Position numbers and translations under genes: made by a program
Part shown: piece after piece, positions 18,971 through 27,709 of the stretch
Position numbering within the stretch: the stretch's first letter is position 1
Layout: every line of letters begins with the position of its first letter
Notes under the pieces: generated by a model
Database searches by the model: none
Seen by the model: only the letters and a program-made list of their open reading frames with translations
Told to the model about the DNA's origin: nothing
NCBI GenBank assembly: GCA_049591455.1
Contig: JBAWFA010000004.1
Span: forward strand, 157,138-221,137
Length of the DNA: 64,000 nt
Direction of reading: 5' to 3'
DNA from: Gammaproteobacteria bacterium
GTDB lineage: Bacteria; Pseudomonadota; Gammaproteobacteria; Natronospirales; REEB76

Positions 18971-20455
18971 CTATCTGACTTTGGCCTTCCTTTCCTCAGC
19001 GAGCATGCGGTAATACCCGATAATACCGGGTTCTCGACCAGCTTGTTTGAACCAATCGAGTGCCTGTGCCGTTGAATCAACTTGGTCATCATAGCGGCCA
19101 TTGGGGAATGCAAATAATTCGTGCAAGAAGTCCGTAAGCCAGGGAGCATCTTTCGGGAGATGAACGAATCCATTCTCCATCAAGTCCGTCTGAGCGTGTA
19201 GACGCATCACCTTGTCCTCTTGAGACTGATAACGTTTAACCCCAGCTATCCCTTCTTGGGTGAGCTCTTGAATAAGCTGTGTTCCCGAGGCCTTATCTTC
19301 AATCACTATGACTGAGGCATGATGGAGCTGGGCCTGTTCCCGCACCGCCCGCTTGAGCTCCGGATAGTTCATGCGCTTGCGAAAAGCAGACAACATATAG
19401 AGGTGGTTACCAGTAATACCCCAGGTCGTACATACACTGAAGTCGCTCAGTTCACTCTGTTTATTGGCCGTATCCCAACTCTGAATAATACGATCGAACT
19501 TCGGTAAGAGCTGAGAAGAGTCGTAACGTGGAAACCACACCTCCTTGACCATGGCCCCGCCTCGCGGGACTGGTTGCTGCAAATATTGGGCCGAGAAGTC
19601 AGCCTCGCCCATGGTACGTCGAATGCGCCCCAGCGTTTCAAGGGACTCGCGCCCAGGATGAAGTGCACTGCCCGCCTTCCGTCGATATTTCTGCGCTCCG
19701 TAGGGCGTGGTAATCACGTACTGCTCTTCTTTGTCGGCAATTGCAGATAGTTGTACAACCTCCCATTGCTCCTGGTCAAGCACATGGCCCACGAGATCAT
19801 CTTCATGCAGACGTTGCATCACGATGATGATACAACCGGTGTTCTTGTCGTTAAGCCGACTGTATAACGTGTTCTCATACCACTGATTAACCCGCCGGCG
19901 CTCGCTTTCCGACAGTGCCTGCTCGGGCTTTAAAGGGTCATCGATTACGATTACGTTTGCCCCGCGCCCTGTCAACACGCCCCCTACTGAACTGGCCATA
20001 CGAAGTCCTCCTTGAGTCGTCGAGAAATCCGCTACCGCTTGGCGATCAGGGGAAAGACGCGTGGTAAACAGCCGTTGATACCAGTCACATAACATCACGG
20101 TGCGGCAATCTGATGCATGTTTAACAGCCAGATCCTGGCCATATGACACACACATGAGTTGAACAGTTGGATCGTGCCCTAGCCAGAATGCCGGAAAGGC
20201 CACTGAGGCAGAGATCGACTTCAGTGAACGTGGCGGCACTAAGAGAATTAGGCGACGAATTTCACCTTGGCGACAAGCCTCGAGTTTGCTCGCGATCAAT
20301 TCCAGGTGCCAATTGGGATAAAACAGCGCGGCCGGTGTGACCTGATAATAGACACGCTCGATAAATGCAAAGAGATCAATCCGTAATAAGGCATCAAATT
20401 CATTCATCGTCAGTTTCATCGTCAGCCCCCTTGAGTATCTCTTGCATGCGCTCAA
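18971..20455 (-). CDS. terL: Phage terminase large subunit
   Basis: ATPase half with RRLILLVPPRSLKSI and Walker-B-like NVIVIDDPLKPE. The nuclease half has IIQSWDTANK and RYDDQVDSTAQAL acidic motifs. The likely true start is MNEFDALL (about 20407), overlapping the stop of the upstream gene (ATGAATGA). Confidence 0.8.
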   Translation of the reverse strand: MSACKRYSRGLTMKLTMNEFDALLRIDLFAFIERVYYQVTPAALFYPNWHLELIASKLEACRQGEIRRLILLVPPRSLKSISASVAFPAFWLGHDPTVQLMCVSYGQDLAVKHASDCRTVMLCDWYQRLFTTRLSPDRQAVADFSTTQGGLRMASSVGGVLTGRGANVIVIDDPLKPEQALSESERRRVNQWYENTLYSRLNDKNTGCIIIVMQRLHEDDLVGHVLDQEQWEVVQLSAIADKEEQYVITTPYGAQKYRRKAGSALHPGRESLETLGRIRRTMGEADFSAQYLQQPVPRGGAMVKEVWFPRYDSSQLLPKFDRIIQSWDTANKQSELSDFSVCTTWGITGNHLYMLSAFRKRMNYPELKRAVREQAQLHHASVIVIEDKASGTQLIQELTQEGIAGVKRYQSQEDKVMRLHAQTDLMENGFVHLPKDAPWLTDFLHELFAFPNGRYDDQVDSTAQALDWFKQAGREPGIIGYYRMLAEERKAKVR

Positions 20456-20816
20456 TCAAGTGTTGAGCGACCCGTGTATCGTCTGCACTTGACGTCTTTT
20501 CGTGTTCTACGCCCTTAAAACTCGGATCAACGAGTGGCATTAACCGAATTGTCTGATCACACGCACGCAGATCACCTGCAGCTGCTTTATTCACCATTTG
20601 CTTCGCGATGGCATCCGATTTCGTAATTTCAGAGCGCTTGCCACCTTCATTGACGATCACCGGTTCCAATAGGGCACGATTCAAAGAGGTTTTAAAATTG
20701 GGTGTGCCTTTGGGACGACCCGCTGGGTTACCTGATTTACCCTTGACAAAGCGACCGCTTTTGGGTGGCTTGCCATAACCAACTTTGTCATCATCGTCTT
20801 TGAATGGATTACTCAT
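20400..20816 (-). CDS. DUF5681-like protein (small-terminase position)
   Basis: Basic N-terminus with a KGKSGNPAGRPKGTPN motif. It sits immediately upstream of terL and overlaps the MTase gene by 4 nt. Confidence 0.6.
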   Translation of the reverse strand: MSNPFKDDDDKVGYGKPPKSGRFVKGKSGNPAGRPKGTPNFKTSLNRALLEPVIVNEGGKRSEITKSDAIAKQMVNKAAAGDLRACDQTIRLMPLVDPSFKGVEHEKTSSADDTRVAQHLIERMQEILKGADDETDDE

Positions 20817-22186
20817 GACTGCGCCCTCTCTAGTTCAAGCGTGCTGAAGGATTTATTCGTTTGGGCGTGACGAGCTATTTGCCCTGTGTAGGCCTGCCAG
20901 CGCCGAACACTGGTGTCTACATAAGTTGGATCCAGATCGATACCAAAGCAGATACGCCCGGTACGCTCTGCTGCCAAAACTGCCGTGCCACTTCCTAGGA
21001 AAGCGTCTAAAATAATATCGCCGCGGCTCGAGCAGTCCATGATCGCATCAGCAATCAGGGCGACTGGTTTAACGGTGGGATGCAGCGCCAACAGATTCCC
21101 TTCGCCGGTTGACCGAGAAAATGAATTCACACCGGGGTAATTCCAAATATTTGTCCGATAACGCCCAAACTCACCAAGTTGGATATGATTTTGATGAGGT
21201 GCGTGGCCGTTTTTAAATACAAAACAAAATTCGTGCTGGCTTCTGAACAAACTACCCATACCAGCGTTGTCTTTGACCCACACGCAGACATTTTTGAGTT
21301 CGGTATATGCCTGCCGACCCGCTGCGAGTAGCTCGCCCTGATGTCTCCAATCCATGAAAATGAAGTGGATTGAACCGTCGACACTATTATTAGTGAGCTG
21401 TAAACAAGTCTGGGTAAGAAAGAAGGTGAACTGAATTTCTGTCATCTCGCCCGATGCCATGACGAAATCCTTATGCTGGACTCGCCCAAGACCACTGGCA
21501 TGACCTTGGATCCGGACGTTATACGGTGGATCGGTAATCACCATACGCGCCTTCTGATCCGGCATTAGGTTTTGATAGGACGCTGCATCCAGTGCGCTAC
21601 CGCAGTAGATTCGATGTGGCCCGAGCATCCAAAGATCGCCGGGTATACTGACAGCTGAACCTGATGCGGGAATATCATCGGCAGGATCGGTCTCACCTTC
21701 AGTCATCGGCGCTAGACCCTCGATCAAAAGATCGATCTCTCCCATTTCAAACCCTGTGTCCTCAAGATGAAAATTCAAATCAACTGATGAAAGCTCTTGG
21801 AACTGTTGCGCGAGCAGCCGTTCATCCCAGGCGGCGTTTTCAGTCAATTTGTTATCAGCAATCACAAATGCCCGAACTTGCTGCTCCGTCAGGTGTTCGA
21901 GTCGAATGGTCGGGACTTCGGTCAGGCCGAGAAGCTTGCACGCAGAGATCCGCCCGTGCCCAGCAATGACCCGGCTCTTAGCATCTATAATGACAGGAAC
22001 ATTAAAACCGAAGACTTCGATGCTACGAGCAATTTGCTTGAGCTGTTTTTTGCTGTGTAGACGCGGATTCAGAGGATCGAGTGTGAGCTGGTCAATGGAA
22101 TGATAAGCGATTTCCAGATTCCGATGACGATTGGGCGCCCGGTTTCCGGCGATGAGTGCATTTCGGGTGTTACGCGCACTGCGCAT
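20813..22186 (-). CDS. ParB-like nuclease domain fused to a beta-class N6A/N4C DNA methyltransferase
   Basis: N-terminal ParB/Srx-like domain (LDPLNPRLHS...AGHGRISA). MTase motif IV ITDPPYN precedes motif I DAFLGSGTAVLAAE, which is the beta-class order. Confidence 0.85.
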   Translation of the reverse strand: MRSARNTRNALIAGNRAPNRHRNLEIAYHSIDQLTLDPLNPRLHSKKQLKQIARSIEVFGFNVPVIIDAKSRVIAGHGRISACKLLGLTEVPTIRLEHLTEQQVRAFVIADNKLTENAAWDERLLAQQFQELSSVDLNFHLEDTGFEMGEIDLLIEGLAPMTEGETDPADDIPASGSAVSIPGDLWMLGPHRIYCGSALDAASYQNLMPDQKARMVITDPPYNVRIQGHASGLGRVQHKDFVMASGEMTEIQFTFFLTQTCLQLTNNSVDGSIHFIFMDWRHQGELLAAGRQAYTELKNVCVWVKDNAGMGSLFRSQHEFCFVFKNGHAPHQNHIQLGEFGRYRTNIWNYPGVNSFSRSTGEGNLLALHPTVKPVALIADAIMDCSSRGDIILDAFLGSGTAVLAAERTGRICFGIDLDPTYVDTSVRRWQAYTGQIARHAQTNKSFSTLELERAQS

Positions 22187-22479
22187 TGTGATCCCTCCAT
22201 AGGGATTAATTTATTTTCATGGTTTACCTCTATACATGTTGATTGGGATTGGAACTGAGCAGCTGACCCAATTTATTAGGCTGCCCCGATAGGTTTCTAT
22301 CGGCAAAAAAGTCTATGCCAAATTGTATCCCTCTGCAATTCGACCTACCTATGTTTACTTGTCATGGCTAGGGCACGGGATCCATCCATGCCCTAAACCG
22401 GCCCGATTTCAGCAGGAAAACCGCTTGATTTAGACCCTTCGGCAAGCGTCAATGTCCCACTAGAGACGCGGAGATTCCG

Positions 22480-22941
22480 ATGCCTGAAACTACCCCACCA
22501 CTGGATGGCCTGCCTAGCTTAAATCGGGGGGAATTACTGGCTTTGTGGACGAAGCTTTTTGGCCAGCCGTTAGCATTCCGTGCCTCCAAAGACTTTCTGG
22601 TCTGCGCCCTCGCCTATCGCTTGCAGGAACAATCCCATGGTGGTCTGAGCAAACGGTCCCAAGCGCACCTTCGTAGGCTCGCCAGAGAGTTAGAAGATGG
22701 AGTTGCTCTCACCCCGACCAAGACACTTGCACTTAAACCCGGTACGCGTCTGGTCAGGGAATGGCGCAGTGTGACCCACGAGGTGCGCGTACTCAACACC
22801 GGATTTAAATACCGCAACCGGTCATACCAAAGTCTCTCGGAAATCGCGCGCGAGATCACCGGCACGCGCTGGTCGGGACCTCGATTCTTTGGTCTTAATG
22901 GCAGTCGCGTGCAATCGCGTGGGGTATCCCATGTCTGCTGA
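22480..22941 (+). CDS. DUF2924-like protein (recombinase-associated)
   Basis: The pattern LLALWTKLFGQPLAFRASKDFLVCALAYRLQEQSHGGLS is typical of DUF2924. It overlaps the recombinase start by 11 nt. Confidence 0.6.
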   Translation: MPETTPPLDGLPSLNRGELLALWTKLFGQPLAFRASKDFLVCALAYRLQEQSHGGLSKRSQAHLRRLARELEDGVALTPTKTLALKPGTRLVREWRSVTHEVRVLNTGFKYRNRSYQSLSEIAREITGTRWSGPRFFGLNGSRVQSRGVSHVC

Positions 22942-24670
22942 GTGCACCCGCCCTCTGCAATGTGCGATCTACACCCGCAAATCGTCCGAGGAAGGGCTGG
23001 AACAATCCTTCAATTCTCTGGATGCCCAGCGCGAGGCGTGCGCGGCTTATATTGAAAGTCAGCGGCATGAAGGTTGGAAGCTAGTTGATACGCACTACGA
23101 TGACGGCGGTTACTCAGGCGGCAACATGGAACGCCCAGCACTTGGTCAGCTGTTAGCAGATATTGATCGCGGCCGGATCAATGTAGTGGTAGTCTACAAA
23201 GTAGATCGGTTAACCCGCGCACTCAATGACTTCGCTAGGATTGTCCAGACCTTTGATGCCCACGAGGTTTCGTTTGTCTCGATCACGCAGGCGTTCAATA
23301 CGACGAGTTCCATGGGGCGCTTGACACTCAACGTGCTGCTCTCGTTCGCCCAGTTCGAGCGAGAGGTCACCGGGGAACGGATCCGGGACAAGATTGCCGC
23401 CTCAAAACGAAAGGGAATGTGGATGGGGGGCCGGGTGCCACTTGGCTATGACCTCGTTGGCCGCAAGCTCGTCATCAACGCCACGGAGGCCGAGCAGGTC
23501 CGTCATTTATTCGGCCGCTATGCGGTGCTAAAAAGCGTCGACCAACTTCGAACGGAGCTTGCGAAGCAAGGCCGAACTAGCAAGGTGAGATTAAGCAAGA
23601 CAGGCAAAACCTCGGGAGGTGCAACCTACTCCCGGGGCGCCTTGTACCACATCCTCGGCAACCGTCTTTACCTGGGTGAAACAATCCACCAGGGCCACAC
23701 CTACCCCGGCGAGCATGCGGCAATCGTGTCTCAAACACTCTGGGATCAGGTGCAGATATTGATGAAAGAAAACCAACAAGCGAGACGCACTGGGGCGAAA
23801 GCCAAGGAGCCCAGTCTATTGGCTGGCCTTATATATGATGATGAGGGCCACCGGCTCACTCCCTCCCATACGATCAAGCATGGCAAGCGCTACCGGTACT
23901 ATGTCTCTCAAGCGCGGATCCAGCATGTGGAGGGCGCTCAGAAAAGTGTCGGTCGAATTCCGGCGCGGGATATTGAAACGTTGGTCAGCGAGCGGCTACG
24001 CCGATTATTGGAGTCCAGCGGGGATCTGCGAAAAGCGCTCGGACACCCTGAGGACGACACGGCAACCCAAACTAATTTGATTGCCGAGGCCAAGGACCAA
24101 GCGGCTCGTTGGTCTGACCACGAACCTGCCGAGATCCGGGCATGGTTACTCCAGGTCATCACCAAAATAAGTGTCAGCACCGATCACATTGACATCCAGG
24201 TCAGCCGGATCGGATTGCGTGCCGCGCTGCTCGGCAAGCAAAAAATGGCCCCGCGGGTAAATGAGCGACACACTGAAACGACTCATCACGGCGACGTATT
24301 TAGCCTGACAGTCGAAGCTCAACTTAAGCGCTGTAGCGGTGAAGTACGCCTGATCGTACCCACGGGATCGGCGGAATATCTATCCGCCCATCCCAATGCA
24401 GCCCTCATGAAAGCGATCGCACGTGCACATGACTGGTACGAAATGCTCCTGACCGGCGAGGCCAAATCCCTGCGCGGACTTGCCCGTCAAATCGGAACCC
24501 ATGAGCGTTATGTGAGTCGCATTGTCCGCTGTGTATTTCTCGCACCCGACGTCGTCGCGGTGATCCTCGCCGGTCGCCAACCGCCAGACCTGACACTCGA
24601 CAAGCTCTTGGAAAACTTGCCCACGGACTGGGCTGAGCAACGCCGAGTTCTAAACTGCGCATTCCGCTGA
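22931..24670 (+). CDS. Large serine recombinase (integrase)
   Basis: Resolvase-type catalytic domain CAIYTRKSSEEGLEQSFNSLDAQREA ... VVVYKVDRLTR. It is followed by a recombinase domain and a long C-terminal extension. The start was set to ATG 22931. Confidence 0.9.
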   Translation: MSAECTRPLQCAIYTRKSSEEGLEQSFNSLDAQREACAAYIESQRHEGWKLVDTHYDDGGYSGGNMERPALGQLLADIDRGRINVVVVYKVDRLTRALNDFARIVQTFDAHEVSFVSITQAFNTTSSMGRLTLNVLLSFAQFEREVTGERIRDKIAASKRKGMWMGGRVPLGYDLVGRKLVINATEAEQVRHLFGRYAVLKSVDQLRTELAKQGRTSKVRLSKTGKTSGGATYSRGALYHILGNRLYLGETIHQGHTYPGEHAAIVSQTLWDQVQILMKENQQARRTGAKAKEPSLLAGLIYDDEGHRLTPSHTIKHGKRYRYYVSQARIQHVEGAQKSVGRIPARDIETLVSERLRRLLESSGDLRKALGHPEDDTATQTNLIAEAKDQAARWSDHEPAEIRAWLLQVITKISVSTDHIDIQVSRIGLRAALLGKQKMAPRVNERHTETTHHGDVFSLTVEAQLKRCSGEVRLIVPTGSAEYLSAHPNAALMKAIARAHDWYEMLLTGEAKSLRGLARQIGTHERYVSRIVRCVFLAPDVVAVILAGRQPPDLTLDKLLENLPTDWAEQRRVLNCAFR

Positions 24671-25101
24671 TAACTGCTCATTAGCTGGTCTCAACAGCGC
24701 CCAGTATTCCGGTGCGAAATCCGCAAAGGATTTGTGGTCTATGACACCTCTGCTACTGGCTCGAACGCCATACTGCCTGCTTGAGCATCGCTTGCGTTAC
24801 CCTATTCTGGGCATACGCGACCTTTTTGGCTACAACTGGTCGGTCCCCGCCTCTGTCACGTCGCCCGACAGTGGCCGTTGGAGGGTTGTCTAGTCGGCAT
24901 CGACGGCTGAGCGAGGACACCTGATCCCAGCGTCTACTGGGTCCGGCTATACTGCGCGTTGATAACCTGACAGAGCGGCGCGAAGTTGCGTCAAAATCAC
25001 GGAGTTCCACTACCGTTTGTGGCGCATTGCGTGGGATGTATAACCGGCCCCACGAGTCCGTATATGCAATAGCTCGACGTCATGGATGGATAGGCTGACG
25101 T

Positions 25102-26598
25102 ATGAAGAAACTAATTGACCTTTCCAATGAAGAAGCACGAGCCCATTTCTTTAAGGGCAGTAGCTACTTCAATGGGGATATGCCGTACTACATAAGCTTC
25201 GAGCCAATATTAACGCACGTTGCGGCCGTATTGAACGGCGAAAATTACGCCAAATTCAAATCAAGTAATCCATGCGATTTCTCGAACGTCAACTACAACT
25301 TCATCGCAAACAAAGATGGGAAGTTCGCCTGGCGCCCTTACGAGCTAATGCATCCGGCACTTTATGTTTCATTGGTAAATGCAATATGTGAGGAAGCGAA
25401 CTGGGGCATTATCAAGGCTCGTGTAGCTGAGTTCCAAGGAGGTGTCGTCGACTGCTGCAGTGCTCCGGTAATGTCGGTTGACCATCAAACGGATGTTGCA
25501 ACTCAGATAAAGAGTTGGTGGCAAAAGGTTGAACAAAGGTCACTAACTTATTCATTGGAATTCAGTCATCTTCTCCATACAGATGTAACTGACTGCTACG
25601 GTTCGCTGTACACGCATAGCATTGCCTGGGCAGTACATGGGTTTAACGAAGCGAAGAAGAACAAGGGGAAACACTCTCTTCTCGGAAATAAAATCGACCT
25701 CCACATTCGAGACAGCCGCTACGGCCAAAGCAACGGTATTTCACAAGGCTCAGTCCTTATGGATTTTGTTGCTGAGATCGTTCTTGGATATGTGGATGAA
25801 CAGATTAATTTGGAAATCGAAAACCGCTCTGGCATCCGCATACTCCGATACAGGGACGACTATCGAATTTTTACCAATAGCGACGAGCAAGCGGAGAATG
25901 TCCTCAAGATAGTGAGTGACAAGCTTCGATCGGTAGGTATGAAACTCAGCGTATCAAAAACAATATCTTGTAGAAATGTTGTAGAAGGCTCAATCAAATC
26001 TGACAAACTTGCCGGGATTGAGCTGCAAGATCTCGGGATTACAAATGCCAAGACCATTCAAAAGCAATTGATGCGACTACATGCTTTCGGCCAACGGCAT
26101 CCGAACAGCGGGGCACTTCGAAGACTGGTGAGTGAGTTTCACTCCAGAGTTTCCACTCAGACTGACGCGCCAGATGATCTTGAAGTACAGGTGGCCATCG
26201 CAACTGATATCGCATACGTGTCGCCGGCGACATTCCCAGCAATAGCCGGCATTTTGAGTCACCTAATTTCATTAGCAGCACACCATGAGAAAGTGCCCCT
26301 TTGGACAAAGGTGCGAGATAAGATGCAACATGTCCCATATAACGGCTATCTTGAAATCTGGCTACAACGCGTTACGCAACCAAAGGCCGTTGGTATCAAA
26401 TTCGAAAGTGAAGAGCCCATATGCAAGATTGTGAACGGAGAGTCGCCTCAATTATGGGAGTGCGGGTGGATTGCAAATGAAGCCTTGGAAAAGGCCATTG
26501 ATGTCAAAAAGATACTCGTGGCAGATGCGGCCGAAGCTAAAGAAGTGATACAACCGAAAGAAGTCGAGTTGTTCAAGCAGAACGCATGGGCGTATTAG
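25102..26598 (+). CDS. Stand-alone Abi/UG-type (defence-associated) reverse transcriptase
   Basis: RT finger/palm motifs LHTDVTDCYGSLYTHSI, NGISQGSVLMDFVAEIVLGYVD, catalytic ILRYRDDYRIF (YxDD) and GMKLSVSKT. A C-terminal region of about 190 aa has no recognisable domain. The gene is low in GC. Confidence 0.85.
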   Translation: MKKLIDLSNEEARAHFFKGSSYFNGDMPYYISFEPILTHVAAVLNGENYAKFKSSNPCDFSNVNYNFIANKDGKFAWRPYELMHPALYVSLVNAICEEANWGIIKARVAEFQGGVVDCCSAPVMSVDHQTDVATQIKSWWQKVEQRSLTYSLEFSHLLHTDVTDCYGSLYTHSIAWAVHGFNEAKKNKGKHSLLGNKIDLHIRDSRYGQSNGISQGSVLMDFVAEIVLGYVDEQINLEIENRSGIRILRYRDDYRIFTNSDEQAENVLKIVSDKLRSVGMKLSVSKTISCRNVVEGSIKSDKLAGIELQDLGITNAKTIQKQLMRLHAFGQRHPNSGALRRLVSEFHSRVSTQTDAPDDLEVQVAIATDIAYVSPATFPAIAGILSHLISLAAHHEKVPLWTKVRDKMQHVPYNGYLEIWLQRVTQPKAVGIKFESEEPICKIVNGESPQLWECGWIANEALEKAIDVKKILVADAAEAKEVIQPKEVELFKQNAWAY

Positions 26599-26989
26599 AT
26601 TGTTGCACGCAACCACCATCGCAACCTTTGCGGTCCTCTCGGTTTCACATAAAGTATAGGGATCGTCTCCAACGGCGCTCGAGAGCAGTTGCTAACTCAA
26701 ACGTTACCAGGATTCCCAAAAACGGTCCTTCGTTAACGACAGAAAGGAGTCGTTTCCGACCATTTATTCCGAACTGACATCGCTCCGGATATCCAAATCC
26801 CAGCAAAAGTCAGATCCTTAAACCGCACTTTGACAATGCGGCCCAGAGACTTTTGGGCTGGTGGGCGGCAATTCATGGCATTCCCGTGCGGTTTGCCAGA
26901 GCAACCGCGCGGGAATGATCCAAGAATTACCGAGAATATCGGCCTTTCCTCCGTTAGTCAGAGACGGAGACAAAAAGCCGATGACTGTA

Positions 26990-27080
26990 TGGCGGAGAGG
27001 GCGGGATTCGAACCCGCGATACGCTTTAGGCGTATACACGCTTTCCAGGCGTGCTCCTTAGACCGCTCGGACACCTCTCC
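26990..27080 (-). tRNA. tRNA-Ser (anticodon GGA), class II with long variable arm, CCA encoded
   Basis: The reverse complement reads GGAGAGGTGTCCGAGCGGTCTAAGGAGCACGCCTGGAAAGCGTG...GCGGGTTCGAATCCCGCCCTCTCCGCCA. It has a 7-bp acceptor stem (GGAGAGG/CCTCTCC), anticodon loop CTGGAAA and a T-loop GGTTCGAATCC. Confidence 0.9.
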
Positions 27081-27248
27081 GTAACTCAACAAATCTGCAC
27101 TGAACCGTCCCTAGGGGTTGTCCAGCTCGGCATCCCTGCCTCGCGTTCGCCGGCAAAATTGATTCACTGGACCAATTTTGCTCCGACTCACCCGCTCGGA
27201 CACGTCTCCACAAAATTACTACCGCTGGCTCGCAAAAAGTGCGGGAGA

Positions 27249-27677
27249 TTATCGCATGCGCTCCTGAGTCGCAACCGGCGGAGGAACCGTGGTTCCGGAT
27301 ACAGGCGCCTGTGTCTTGTTCTCGCCGGCAGGCTTTGCGGCTGGCTGACTGCCCCCGGGCGACGACGGCACTGGACCGCTCTTCGGTCCAGTTGTGGCCG
27401 GCTTGGGAGTTGCCGCCGGTTGCGCCCTTATCAACTGAGGAGGGTTGATAAGGCAGACACCCGATGCATCCCGGCCCGTGGGCTTGGCCAGATTCGGGGT
27501 GATGCTCTGAATCTCATAGGTCGGGTCGGGAGAAGGCACGCTCAAACCCGGTGGAGCCTGGAGCGCGGGGTGTGCCGCGCTATTGAGATAGGGATGCGGA
27601 TCGCCGCAGGCCAGCGTACTGCAACCTGCTACTCCCATAGCCAGCAGCAATATAACAATTTCAAAATATTTGGTCAT
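27249..27677 (-). CDS. Pro-rich lipoprotein in the bamC/nlpB position downstream of dapA
   Basis: Lipobox LAMGVAGC. Only 142 aa, with a low-complexity Pro/Ala/Thr tail. The call rests on synteny with dapA (dapA-bamC in enterics). Confidence 0.5.
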   Translation of the reverse strand: MTKYFEIVILLLAMGVAGCSTLACGDPHPYLNSAAHPALQAPPGLSVPSPDPTYEIQSITPNLAKPTGRDASGVCLINPPQLIRAQPAATPKPATTGPKSGPVPSSPGGSQPAAKPAGENKTQAPVSGTTVPPPVATQERMR

Positions 27678-27709
27678 GGTCCGATTATCCAGTACCTTTC
27701 AGTATGTGA

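Larger units (their letters stand above)
14496..26989. mobile_element. Lower-GC accessory/defence island with a decayed phage-like integrative element, abutting the 3' end of tRNA-Ser
   Basis: AT-richer composition than the flanks. The content is a serine recombinase, DUF2924, ParB-MTase, DUF5681 and TerL with no portal, capsid or tail genes, plus CBASS, nucleases and an RT. The right border is the tRNA-Ser(GGA) 3' end. I could not find att direct repeats, so the borders are approximate. Confidence 0.6.

Noticed and set aside
22286-22310. Hairpin ccgatag-gttt-ctatcgg followed by an A-run as a terminator
   Set aside because: A U-tract would follow the stem on neither strand's transcript, since the plus strand has an A-run after the stem and the minus strand has a T-run before it. 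It is not a canonical intrinsic terminator.
24753-25010. 85-aa minus-strand ORF inside the RT upstream leader
   Set aside because: It is Arg/Ser-rich, with no RBS and no recognisable fold pattern. The region is better explained as non-coding (candidate ncRNA or att remnant).
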